From a virus (Duplodnaviria > Caudoviricetes), in the IMG/VR virus record IMGVR_UViG_3300041779_000001, positions 1 to 59,987 of that record: DNA of 59,987 bases. One strand, 5' to 3'. The notes under the pieces were generated by a model that worked only from the letters and a program-made list of their open reading frames with translations, was not told the DNA's origin and searched no databases. A program made the position numbers and the translations under genes. Of the stretch, positions 49,002-57,473 are shown one piece after another (the first letter of the stretch is position 1; the number at the start of each line of letters is the position of its first letter).

Positions 49002-49282
49002 TGACCATACCGAGTGAAACTCCAGTCGAGGTCAACAACACCTGGATCAAGACCGCCAAGCAGTACTGGAAGGATTTCCGAGAGCGAGCCCTGTCGACCT
49101 TCTGGCAGGCTGCGGTACCCATCCTGGTCGCAGCCCCGCCGGCAACGAACTGGGGTGGCCTGCAGACCGTGGGTTGGGCAGCAGCAGTTGGCGGTGGTGC
49201 TGCGGTTCTTTCCATGGTGAAGTCGACCTATGTACGAAACCGAGGCGTGAAGAACTCGGCAAGCTCTAATTCTGCAGTCTGA
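49001..49282 (+). CDS. Holin, r1t-like
   Basis: WKDFRERALSTFWQA...AVLSMVKS. Confidence 0.8.
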   Translation: MTIPSETPVEVNNTWIKTAKQYWKDFRERALSTFWQAAVPILVAAPPATNWGGLQTVGWAAAVGGGAAVLSMVKSTYVRNRGVKNSASSNSAV

Positions 49283-49335
49283 CTGAGGTGACCGGGGTGG
49301 CGGGGCCCCGGTCATCCTAACTCCCAGGGGAGACT

Positions 49336-51258
49336 ATGCCAACGCCGGAAGGCCTGAAGACTACCGTAATCCATGGTCAATATGCAGAGCCTAATCTGGC
49401 GGGTACCCCTCTGCAGGGTGTCGTAACATTTTCAGTGACTCCGTCAATTCTCACCTTTCCCGATCAGAACATCATCATTGCCGGCACCGAGACTGCGACC
49501 CTCGATGCCAATGGCGAGTTCATCATTGAACTCATCGCTACGGATACGGTCAATGAAAACCCCACGGGCTGGCTCTATACAGTAACTGAGAAGCTCATCG
49601 GGGTAGTCCAGAGAACCTACACCATTGCTCTGCCCTACAACAATGGTGTAACAGTAGAACTCTCGGACATCACTCCCACCACCGCAGCTCCTACGTATAT
49701 TCCGGTCATCGGGCCCACTGGGCCGCCGGGATCGATCACCAATGTGAATGGTCATACGACCACCGTTGTTACCCTGACCGCCGCAGATGTTAGTGCTATC
49801 GCAACCTCCGCTCGAGGCGCGGTCAATGGGGTAGCCTCCCTCGATGGCAGTACCAAGGTACCGGTCGTTCAATTGCCCGACCTGAGTGGTACCTACGTAA
49901 CCGTAAGTCGAATAGGGGCAGCTAATGGGGTTGCAGGACTAAGTGCCTCCTCCCTGGTACCGTCGACACAACTTGACATCTCAACAACAACCCCGCTATC
50001 GGTGGCAACTACCGGGGCCGTGGGTACAGCCACCAAGTTGGTCAGGGAAGACCATGTTCACCCCGGTGTAGACCTCAGTTCAGCCCAAACTATCGCTGGG
50101 CTTAAGACCTTCAGCGCGGGCACTCGAAGTGTTCAGCTTGGTGTGGGAGTGGCTCCCGGCACCTATAGGGCTCACGTAGTATCTACTGTCGATGAGATCG
50201 TAATCCAAGCGGATCAGGTTACCATAACTGGGGCCAACCCGGTTATCGGAGTCACAACCTTCGATGCTACGATGAATGCTTTCTCGGCAAAGGTTAGTGG
50301 CGACTCGATCAACCGAGTCTCCATAAAGAGCTCGGGTAACATCGAGTTCGGTACTGGGGCCATTACTCGCGATGTGACCTTCTATCGATCCGCAGCTGGT
50401 ATCCTGAACTCCACAGGCCAGTTCGCGAGTGATAGTGCGGCGCCTACCCTCGCAGCTCACCTAACTCGCAAAGACTATGTCGATGCGATCAATACCTCGG
50501 CAGCCCACATTGCCGGCACGGAGACTATCACCGGTGCTAAGACCTTCACTGGTGGAGTAACTGTTACTACCCTGAGTATGTTGGTTGAGGGTTCCGCCAC
50601 AACTAGCACCATCTATCGGGGTCGAGTTACTGCTGATACTCAGTCTCGAATCCTGATCACGGCAGATGGTAAGATAACTTGGGGAACTGGCGCGGCAGTC
50701 GGGGATACTAACCTATACCGATCCAATACTAGTGAGCTTACCACCGACGATGCCCTGATCGTCTCGTTGAACCTTTCCACACTGGGGGACCTCAGCATCA
50801 AGGGCCGGGGCATGGGCCGAGGGCTGCTAGGCCAGATCACTCGGACTGCCTCAGTTACAATCCCTAATGCCACGCCAGGCGTTCTGATGACCTTGCCCTC
50901 GGTGACTTTCCAGGATGGTCGGGCATACAGAGTCACTGTCTGGGGTCACCAAACTAATGCCACCGCAAGTACTTACTGCGTATACAGCCTGGTCAAGGGA
51001 ACAACTACTGGTGGTACTGTATACGTAACTGGCATCCGAGTTCCCGGACTCCCAGTAACTGGTGCTGATGCGGCCGTATCCTTGGTATTCCACCTGAGTA
51101 ATACTACCGGTGCTCCCGTTACAACTCAGATGGTACTCACAGGTTCTTCCGCCTCTGGTACTGGTACATGGAGTGCTGATGCTGCCGGGTTGATGTCTTA
51201 TGTAACTGTAGAAGATATTGGCCTTGCCGCTGACTGGCCGGGATCACCGGTCACCTGA
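49336..51258 (+). CDS. Tail fibre / receptor-binding protein
   Basis: TLDANGEF.IELIATD anchor, short GPT repeat, GAxNGVA.L repeats, TITGAKTF; Thr/Gly-rich. Confidence 0.8.
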   Translation: MPTPEGLKTTVIHGQYAEPNLAGTPLQGVVTFSVTPSILTFPDQNIIIAGTETATLDANGEFIIELIATDTVNENPTGWLYTVTEKLIGVVQRTYTIALPYNNGVTVELSDITPTTAAPTYIPVIGPTGPPGSITNVNGHTTTVVTLTAADVSAIATSARGAVNGVASLDGSTKVPVVQLPDLSGTYVTVSRIGAANGVAGLSASSLVPSTQLDISTTTPLSVATTGAVGTATKLVREDHVHPGVDLSSAQTIAGLKTFSAGTRSVQLGVGVAPGTYRAHVVSTVDEIVIQADQVTITGANPVIGVTTFDATMNAFSAKVSGDSINRVSIKSSGNIEFGTGAITRDVTFYRSAAGILNSTGQFASDSAAPTLAAHLTRKDYVDAINTSAAHIAGTETITGAKTFTGGVTVTTLSMLVEGSATTSTIYRGRVTADTQSRILITADGKITWGTGAAVGDTNLYRSNTSELTTDDALIVSLNLSTLGDLSIKGRGMGRGLLGQITRTASVTIPNATPGVLMTLPSVTFQDGRAYRVTVWGHQTNATASTYCVYSLVKGTTTGGTVYVTGIRVPGLPVTGADAAVSLVFHLSNTTGAPVTTQMVLTGSSASGTGTWSADAAGLMSYVTVEDIGLAADWPGSPVT

Positions 51259-51260
51259 GT

Positions 51261-51300
51261 TGATATCCCCCTCGGTAACTGGTCCGCCGGGGGGGGTATC
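51261..51300. terminator. Hairpin at the convergence of tail-fibre and minus-strand genes
   Basis: GATATCCCCCTCGG...CCGGGGGGGGTATC. Confidence 0.6.
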
Positions 51301-51418
51301 AGTGTGTTGGGCCCTCGATTTATGAAGTGCGATGGGCGCGATAATGCACCATTGGAAGGCTGTAGGGAATGTCCTAATCGAGTAGGCATATAGGGTGCGA
51401 TGAATGAGGCGCACCATA

Positions 51419-51721
51419 TTACCGCTTGACCTGGAGCATCTCCGGGGCGAGCAAATCCCACTCGGCCATTTGATGGGCACGATCCCGAACCATGCGGCAG
51501 GCGAGTTTAAAATCCCAATCGGTAATGCCCTGTTCCTGGGCAACCTCATAGAGTGTGACCTCGTGAATAAGGTTGTCATACCCCTGTTGCCGTGCCCGGC
51601 GAACGAAGACGAACGTGTGATTGACCAGCATATCTGTAGACTGCCTCATCGACTCGCGCCGGCAAATGGCTCGAGCAGCCTTGGTGTGGGGGTGATCGCA
51701 GTAAGCATGTCGGTTTGCCAT
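51419..51721 (-). CDS. Hypothetical protein with HxxCxHxxTKAARAxCR motif (leaderless)
   Basis: TTGCCA-N18-TATACT-N6-ATG. Confidence 0.65.
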   Translation of the reverse strand: MANRHAYCDHPHTKAARAICRRESMRQSTDMLVNHTFVFVRRARQQGYDNLIHEVTLYEVAQEQGITDWDFKLACRMVRDRAHQMAEWDLLAPEMLQVKR

Positions 51722-51792
51722 GGCATTAGTATACCATTCCCACACCGAGGGTGGCAAGGACACACGCCGAAGCGGCCCGAAGGCCGCCCCAG

Positions 51793-52020
51793 TCAGTTGC
51801 GCGGTCGGTACGGCTCGACCGGAATCGGCCGATACTGGGTGATGGCTTCTTTGACCGCCGGCAGGAGGATGGTGCGGGGGTCGATCTCGCCGAGCCCCTG
51901 GAAAAACAGGAGAAGTTCCCTGTCGGTCAGGACCTCGAATACCTCGGGCGGGATCGCATCGAGAACCCGTCGCAGGATGTCGCCGTATTCTTCGCGCATG
52001 TCGTCGTTCATCATCGTCAT
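51793..52020 (-). CDS. Hypothetical protein (leaderless)
   Basis: TTGACG-N17-TATACT-N6-ATG. Confidence 0.65.
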   Translation of the reverse strand: MTMMNDDMREEYGDILRRVLDAIPPEVFEVLTDRELLLFFQGLGEIDPRTILLPAVKEAITQYRPIPVEPYRPRN

Positions 52021-52185
52021 GGCAGTAGTATACCAACTCCCTCCGCCCCCGTCAAGGCGGCACACCAAGAGACCCGATCCTTGGCTGGGGGGGGGTAGCC
52101 TTAGATCGGGTCTCGAGGTGGGCGCCTGTCATGTATAGGTCATTTAAGCCCGAGCATCAGCATTGCTGGGCCCCCGGGTGAATCA

Positions 52186-52283
52186 TGGTAGATCGGAGTC
52201 GAACCGATTTCCTGTTGAGGTGATTAGTCTCCAGGTGGGGCCAGATACTTGGGTAATCAGCCCTTTCTCATTCCCCCCTACCA
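52186..52283 (-). ncRNA. tRNA-like element 1 (T-arm plus acceptor-like stem)
   Basis: ATCGG-TTCGACT-CCGAT followed by CTACCA, which pairs with 5' TGGTAG. Confidence 0.4.
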
Positions 52284-52295
52284 GTTTGGGGTGGA

Positions 52296-52454
52296 TCAGT
52301 AGGTCAGGGTGCCGTCACCGAGGCCGTTGGCGATCTGGTCGTAGCCCGCGCTGTCGTCCTTCTTGAAGGCGATGACCTCCTTGTTGCTGATCTCCTCGCC
52401 GGCCGCGTTCTTGCCGAAGTAGGCCTTGACAGCTGCGATATTGGCCTTAGCCAT
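52296..52454 (-). CDS. Small protein, 52 aa, absent from the ORF track
   Basis: MAKANIAAVKAYFG...QIANGLGDGTLTY; leader motif 52461-52470; TTGACG promoter; strong codon bias. Confidence 0.8.
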   Translation of the reverse strand: MAKANIAAVKAYFGKNAAGEEISNKEVIAFKKDDSAGYDQIANGLGDGTLTY

Positions 52455-52550
52455 GTTATGCTCCTCGGTCGGTAGTTGAGCCCCTCAGCAGGGCATGCCC
52501 AAATGCTATATCGTCCCGTGGGGGGCGTCAAGGCAGCATTTTAACAACGA

Positions 52551-52587
52551 GAAAGCCCCTCTCCGTTCGTAGAAAAGAGGGGCTTCC
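52551..52587 (-). terminator. Hairpin terminator
   Basis: AAGCCCCTCT...AGAGGGGCTT. Confidence 0.65.
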
Positions 52588-52680
52588 TTGTGACAGTCTC
52601 GGAGTGGGCCGCAGACTATCGATTATCTTTAGTATTCCTCATGGTTTCTAAAGGCTCTAGGCCACCTGAGGTCACCCACC

Positions 52681-52764
52681 CAGTGGAGGTGGGGGATTTG
52701 AACCCCCTCGGTGCCCGCTCTCGGTCACACCTTTACCATGCCAGCGTCCTGGCCCTCCCCACTG
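52681..52764 (-). ncRNA. tRNA-like element 2
   Basis: GGGGG-TTCAAAT-CCCCC T-arm; CAGTGGGG/CTCCACTG closing stem; GCCAG/CTGGC and GGTG/CACC arms. Confidence 0.5.
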
Positions 52765-52931
52765 ATGGCAGTAGCATGACCGAACCACCCGTCCTCGAAG
52801 GGTACCGCAGTGGACTTTACCTGCCCGCACTACCATCAAGCTTATGCGGGGTACCCTCCCGCTCCCGACCTGCGCTGTTACTCTCAAGCGCAGCACCCTA
52901 CGGTATCGTCGGCCCTTGTGTGGAACTGGTG

Positions 52932-53567
52932 TTACTCGTCGTCCTCGTCCATGTCGAGCTCTTCGTCGTCCTCGACCTCTTCGACGGGAGCCGGCTTGGC
53001 CTTCCGCTTGGCCGTGGTCTTCTTGGCGGCGACCTTCCGCTTCGGCGCGGGGGTCTCGTCCTCGTCGTCCTCCTCGACCGAGGCGGTGGCCTTCTTGGCC
53101 GCGGTCTTGGCGGCCTTGTTCTCCTTCAGAGCCTTGAGCTTCGCCTGCTTCTCAGCCTCGAGCTCTCCGCCCTGGTAGGCCTTGACGATGGCGACGACCT
53201 CGGGGTCGTTCGGGCCAGACCAGTCGTAGCGGCTGCGGTTGCCGGCGACGATCTCGCGCTGGACTCGACCGGAGTCATCGCGAGCCATCTTGCGGATCAG
53301 GGTACGAAGGCCGCGAGCGTCAACATCCTCGCCCGTCTTCTTCTTGATCAGGGCTCGAAGGTCGTTGATGCCGAAGGTGACCTCCTGGGCGGTGGACTTC
53401 TTGGTGGCCGGCTTGGTCTCGGTCACCTCGTCCTCCTCGAGCTCGTCCATGTCCTCGAGATCGCCGTCATCCTCGGTCGACTCAGTGTCAAGCTCCTCGT
53501 CGGGCTCGACCTCGGGGGCGGGCTTCGCAGCCTTGGTGGAGGTCCGTCGGCCCTTGGTGACAGCCAT
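52932..53567 (-). CDS. DNA-binding protein with acidic and Lys/Ala-rich low-complexity arms
   Basis: Core RGLRTLIRK...RSRYDW; GAGGAG RBS; TTGACG promoter; strong codon bias. Confidence 0.75.
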   Translation of the reverse strand: MAVTKGRRTSTKAAKPAPEVEPDEELDTESTEDDGDLEDMDELEEDEVTETKPATKKSTAQEVTFGINDLRALIKKKTGEDVDARGLRTLIRKMARDDSGRVQREIVAGNRSRYDWSGPNDPEVVAIVKAYQGGELEAEKQAKLKALKENKAAKTAAKKATASVEEDDEDETPAPKRKVAAKKTTAKRKAKPAPVEEVEDDEELDMDEDDE

Positions 53568-53744
53568 TGTAATTCTCCTCAAGTGGGGGATGTTATCATA
53601 AGCCCTAGGTGCTGGGCGGTGATGGGTAAAATATATCCTTCTAGTGGGGCGGCGTCAAGGCGGCCAGGCGGTTACGGGAACATTGACTCCTCATGCGCGC
53701 AGCATTAGCATTGCCTCATCAACCTCCTATTGACCGAGGCTAAA

Positions 53745-54098
53745 GTGACAAGGTATCTCCTGATCGAGTTCGACGACAACAATGCAGCAGAACGTATGTG
53801 GGGACAGATCGATGCTGCCACCCAGGCGGGAAAGGGTATGAGGGTGGCGGGAATGTTCGGGGTACCTACCCAATGGTGCAAATGTCCGACAAGTGATGGA
53901 TATCACAAGCACGAAATTGTCCGGGGGGCAAAATTGGGCTGGTGGGTTCACAAGCTGTGTAAGCGAGCTCGCCCAGGGTCACATAACCTGCAGAACTTGA
54001 TCCGACCTGCCGACAGATCGTATGGTGTGGAAACCGGCAGGGCTTGCGTAGTAACTACGGTGAATGTCTTCGAGGCTCCTGTACAGAACCTGCGTTGA
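53745..54098 (+). CDS. Hypothetical protein
   Basis: TTGACT-N17-TAGCAT promoter, TTGACCGAGG leader, GTG 53745; CKC...HKLC. Confidence 0.7.
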   Translation: MTRYLLIEFDDNNAAERMWGQIDAATQAGKGMRVAGMFGVPTQWCKCPTSDGYHKHEIVRGAKLGWWVHKLCKRARPGSHNLQNLIRPADRSYGVETGRACVVTTVNVFEAPVQNLR

Positions 54099-54182
54099 TT
54101 TCATTCCTTCCGAGAGGGCTGGGTCGGTTGACCCGGCCCTCTTGGCGTGATACCATCGGAATGACATCAGAAAGGCGGGATA

Positions 54183-54470
54183 ATGGACTGGCAAAAGGTC
54201 TCTTTGACAGTTATCGCTAGATATGGCATGAGTGATACGCCTGAGGCATATGTCATACATGAGGTAAATCCCGATCGAACAACTGCCTGGATCCGTCATG
54301 GTTTTCCAGGGGCTACGACGTATTATGTAAATTTCTATTGTCGCAAGAGACCGAGGAAAGTCAGGTTGTTCACTCGGATACCAAAGGGTTTCAAGGTCTG
54401 TAAGACATGTACCATGAGGAAGGTCCATGGCCCCCTAACCCGCAGCGAGGAGCAAAGTGACCAAGTATAG
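54183..54470 (+). CDS. Hypothetical protein
   Basis: CKTC; precedes the helicase. Confidence 0.5.
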   Translation: MDWQKVSLTVIARYGMSDTPEAYVIHEVNPDRTTAWIRHGFPGATTYYVNFYCRKRPRKVRLFTRIPKGFKVCKTCTMRKVHGPLTRSEEQSDQV

Positions 54471-55944
54471 GTGGAAAACTAAGCCCTACAAGCACCAGGT
54501 GCTGGGGGTTAAGAAGTTGCTCTCTACTGGGTTCGGCGGGGCTTTGCTGATGGCTCCTCGGACGGGCAAGACTAAAACCATGATCGACTATGGCTCATGT
54601 CTCTATGCCCTCGGAAAGGCCCAGCGTATCCTGATCTTCTGCCCACTTTCAGTCATCGGGGTGTGGGAACAAGAGATTGCTGCTCACTGCCCCTTCGACT
54701 ACCGTATCACCGTTTGGGATAAGGAGGCTAGAAAGAAGGGCGTACAGCTCCCTCGATCTGGGGGTAAGTCCTTGGACTGGGTGATCATCAACTATGATGC
54801 TCTTTCCACACCAGGCGCAATCGTCAAGGAGGATGCCTATGGCAATAAGATTCGATCGCGCCGGCGCGGGGGTCGATACGATATCTTGAAAGCTTTTACC
54901 CGGTGGCAGCCTCACGTCATTGCCCTGGATGAATCCCATCGTATCAAGTCTCCAACTGCGGTCAAATCTCGGATGATGCATAAACTGGGGCAAACTGCAG
55001 AGTATCGGGTTATCATGACGGGTACTGTGGTAACCAAGAAGAAGCGTATCTTCGATATCTGGTCACAGTGGAAGTTTCTGTATCCCGATCGATTCGGACA
55101 TATGACCTTTGGGGAGTTCAAGTCAGAGTATGGCGTCTGGGTACAGATGCAGGGCTATTCTAAGTGGATCAAGAACAAAAACGAAGATGGCCTACATGCG
55201 ATGATTCACCAGGACGCCTATGCCATCAGTCGAGAGGAATGCTTCGACCTGCCCCCACGAAGGCATCAGATCATCCCGATCGAACTGGAAGAATCTGGGG
55301 ACTCTTACGATCAGATGGCTAAGGAGATGGTTGCCAAGATTCACACTGGAGAAATTACTCAGGCATCCATCGCCCTCGTACAGAGTCTTCGACTGAGGCA
55401 AATTACCTCAGGTATTGCTAAGACCGAACCAACGGCTGACCACCCCAACGGTCGACTGGTTCGTGTGGGGCATGAAAAACTCAATGTCATGAAGGATCTA
55501 CTGTCGGATCTCTTTGAAGCTGATGAGAAGGTGGTGGTTGGGGCTCACTTCATTGGCGATATCAACGCTATTGCGGAGATGTGCAGGGAACTCAAGGTTA
55601 CCGTATTCGTACTGAGGGGTGGGGTGCCTCGCCGGCAACGCGATGCAGATATCCTAGCCTTCCGTCGGCATTCCGGACCTGCTTGCTTCGTGGCTCAGCC
55701 CCAGGCTGCATCCCTGGGCATTGACCTATCAACTGCCTCGATCTGCATTTGGTTTTCACTGACCCCCAGCTACGTGGACTTTACTCAGTTTGAAGATCGT
55801 ATCGCCCTGTCGAATCGCAGTACCATGTTCATGTACCTGCTAGCTGAAGGTACAGTCGATGAACTCCTATACGAAACACTACAGGAAGATGGCGAGGTAG
55901 CCAAGGCAATTATGGCCTCACCGGAACGACTATTGCGAGAATGA
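54457..55944 (+). CDS. SNF2-like superfamily 2 helicase
   Basis: PYKHQ, RTGKT, LDESHRIK, MTGT, GIDLSTA, QFEDR. Confidence 0.9.
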   Translation: MTKYRWKTKPYKHQVLGVKKLLSTGFGGALLMAPRTGKTKTMIDYGSCLYALGKAQRILIFCPLSVIGVWEQEIAAHCPFDYRITVWDKEARKKGVQLPRSGGKSLDWVIINYDALSTPGAIVKEDAYGNKIRSRRRGGRYDILKAFTRWQPHVIALDESHRIKSPTAVKSRMMHKLGQTAEYRVIMTGTVVTKKKRIFDIWSQWKFLYPDRFGHMTFGEFKSEYGVWVQMQGYSKWIKNKNEDGLHAMIHQDAYAISREECFDLPPRRHQIIPIELEESGDSYDQMAKEMVAKIHTGEITQASIALVQSLRLRQITSGIAKTEPTADHPNGRLVRVGHEKLNVMKDLLSDLFEADEKVVVGAHFIGDINAIAEMCRELKVTVFVLRGGVPRRQRDADILAFRRHSGPACFVAQPQAASLGIDLSTASICIWFSLTPSYVDFTQFEDRIALSNRSTMFMYLLAEGTVDELLYETLQEDGEVAKAIMASPERLLRE

Positions 55945-56027
55945 CCAATTGCCATGGCATTTGACTGATGCCTGACGGAAAGGATAGCATTTACTTATAC
56001 CGCCCCGACCGAGGAGGAACTGCTGCT

Positions 56028-56651
56028 GTGCTAATTGTCGAGGGTCCGGATGGAGGGGGAAAATCCACCCTTGTCCGGTTCTTGAGTTCTCGGTTGAAAC
56101 TTCCAGTGGCCAACAAGGTGGTCGGCTCTAATACTGAGCCGCTCACCGACCTGGTAGCTTGGACTGAGAATAACGTAGCTCGAGGATTCCAGGGCATGAT
56201 CTTCGATCGTCACCGCCTGATCTCTGAGCCCATCTACTCGCCGCTCAAAACGAGTAATCCCTCTGGGAAATTCCTGGACCTGGGCTGGATGGCTGAAGTA
56301 ACCTGGGGTTTCTATGCCTGTCACCCCATCATCATCTACGCCTTGCCCGGGTTTGAGGCAGTCCAGGCTAACGTGGAAAACCCCGAGACTGACAATGAGT
56401 TCGTAAGGGATTGGATCCCACACATCTATGCTGGGTATGTCGCTCGAGCCTCGGCAGATCTGACTCGCAAGAACGTTCGGTTGTACAACTACAACACCAC
56501 TCGGCCTGACGACATCGTCGGCTGGGTCAAGCGAATCCTCGACGAAAGGTCCCCTCAGGATGTCGAACGCCCGCGTATCCCGCGCCAGTCTGCCGATTCC
56601 CCGTCAGTCGCCCGAATCGGTCGCCAAGCATCGGGCTGGGTTTCCGACTGA
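56028..56651 (+). CDS. dNMP (thymidylate-like) kinase
   Basis: IVEGPDGGGKST, IFDRH.LISE.IY; GACCGAGGAGG leader; TTGACT-N18-TAGCAT. Confidence 0.85.
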   Translation: MLIVEGPDGGGKSTLVRFLSSRLKLPVANKVVGSNTEPLTDLVAWTENNVARGFQGMIFDRHRLISEPIYSPLKTSNPSGKFLDLGWMAEVTWGFYACHPIIIYALPGFEAVQANVENPETDNEFVRDWIPHIYAGYVARASADLTRKNVRLYNYNTTRPDDIVGWVKRILDERSPQDVERPRIPRQSADSPSVARIGRQASGWVSD

Positions 56652-57045
56652 GTTGCCCCAGGTAAACTACCTCGAGATGATCTTCGAGGGCCAGAAGCAC
56701 CTCATGGTAAAGTACCACGCCATCGAGGCCGCGAACGGCTCGCCGGTCATCACTCGGGAGGAAGAGGGCAACCTCGACGACCGCAAGGTCCAGGCCCGCA
56801 TCCACGAGTTGTTCGGCTACCTCATCCGAGAACTCGCCGAGGCGATGCAGGAGCTCAAGCTCAAGCCGTGGAAGAAATCCGGCGAGCTCACGGTCACCGA
56901 GAACTTCGTGGAGGAAATGGCAGACTCCTTCCACTTCTTCGTTGAGATGTGCATCACCGCCGGCATGAGTGCTGAGGACCTGCACCGGGCCTACTTCAGG
57001 GCTCACCGCAAGAATGTCGATCGGATCGAGGGGGGTACTTACTGA
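56560..57045 (+). CDS. Dimeric all-alpha dUTPase/dCTPase (MazG-like fold)
   Basis: ELAEA...KPWKK...EEMADSFHFF...KN..R; start uncertain. Confidence 0.82.
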   Translation: MSNARVSRASLPIPRQSPESVAKHRAGFPTELPQVNYLEMIFEGQKHLMVKYHAIEAANGSPVITREEEGNLDDRKVQARIHELFGYLIRELAEAMQELKLKPWKKSGELTVTENFVEEMADSFHFFVEMCITAGMSAEDLHRAYFRAHRKNVDRIEGGTY

Positions 57046-57314
57046 TGGCGGCAAAGGATAGCAAGTATCAGGGGGTGCGAGATGATCAACACCCCAGTGA
57101 GGGTACTTGGGTACAGGTAGTCCATGACTGCGTGACGCCAAGTCAGAGTGAAATCGCGGCCAAAGCTGCCGCGGTAAACACTATTTGGAGCTGCGGTAAT
57201 TGCTCCGACAAGTGGAAGCTGATCCTTCACGGTCAGCAAGGGAGTTTCGGGGGAGTAACTAAAACCGAGCTCACGTGGGTTCGTATTACGCCTAAGGGCG
57301 AGGACGGGGAATAA
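57045..57314 (+). CDS. Hypothetical protein
   Basis: HDC...WSCGNC; TGATG overlap. Confidence 0.6.
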   Translation: MAAKDSKYQGVRDDQHPSEGTWVQVVHDCVTPSQSEIAAKAAAVNTIWSCGNCSDKWKLILHGQQGSFGGVTKTELTWVRITPKGEDGE

Positions 57315-57317
57315 GAG

Positions 57318-57473
57318 TTGACTCGGGCAGTATCCCTCTTGAAGCGAGAAGCTATACGTGAGAGGGCCCGAACCACTAAGGCCGTCGCCGCGGCTATTGC
57401 GATGAGTTTTCTCGCGGTAGTCGCGGCGGCTGCCGCCGTCGCTATGACTCGAGCTTTGATTTGGATGTGGTGA
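57318..57473 (+). CDS. Small membrane protein, 51 aa, absent from the ORF track
   Basis: TTG start, Ala-rich TM helix, TGATG overlap with the next gene. Confidence 0.5.
   Translation: MTRAVSLLKREAIRERARTTKAVAAAIAMSFLAVVAAAAAVAMTRALIWMW

Noticed and set aside
51419-52068. 205-aa and 91-aa ORFs as listed in the track
   Set aside because: Promoter geometry indicates two shorter leaderless genes starting at 51721 and 52020
52681-52931. tmRNA
   Set aside because: The 3' end resembles tmRNA, but the pairing 5' strand is only ~80 nt away and I see no tag reading frame; kept only as tRNA-like
52590-53708. 372-aa plus-strand ORF
   Set aside because: Shadow of the low-complexity 52932-53567 gene and the structured non-coding tract
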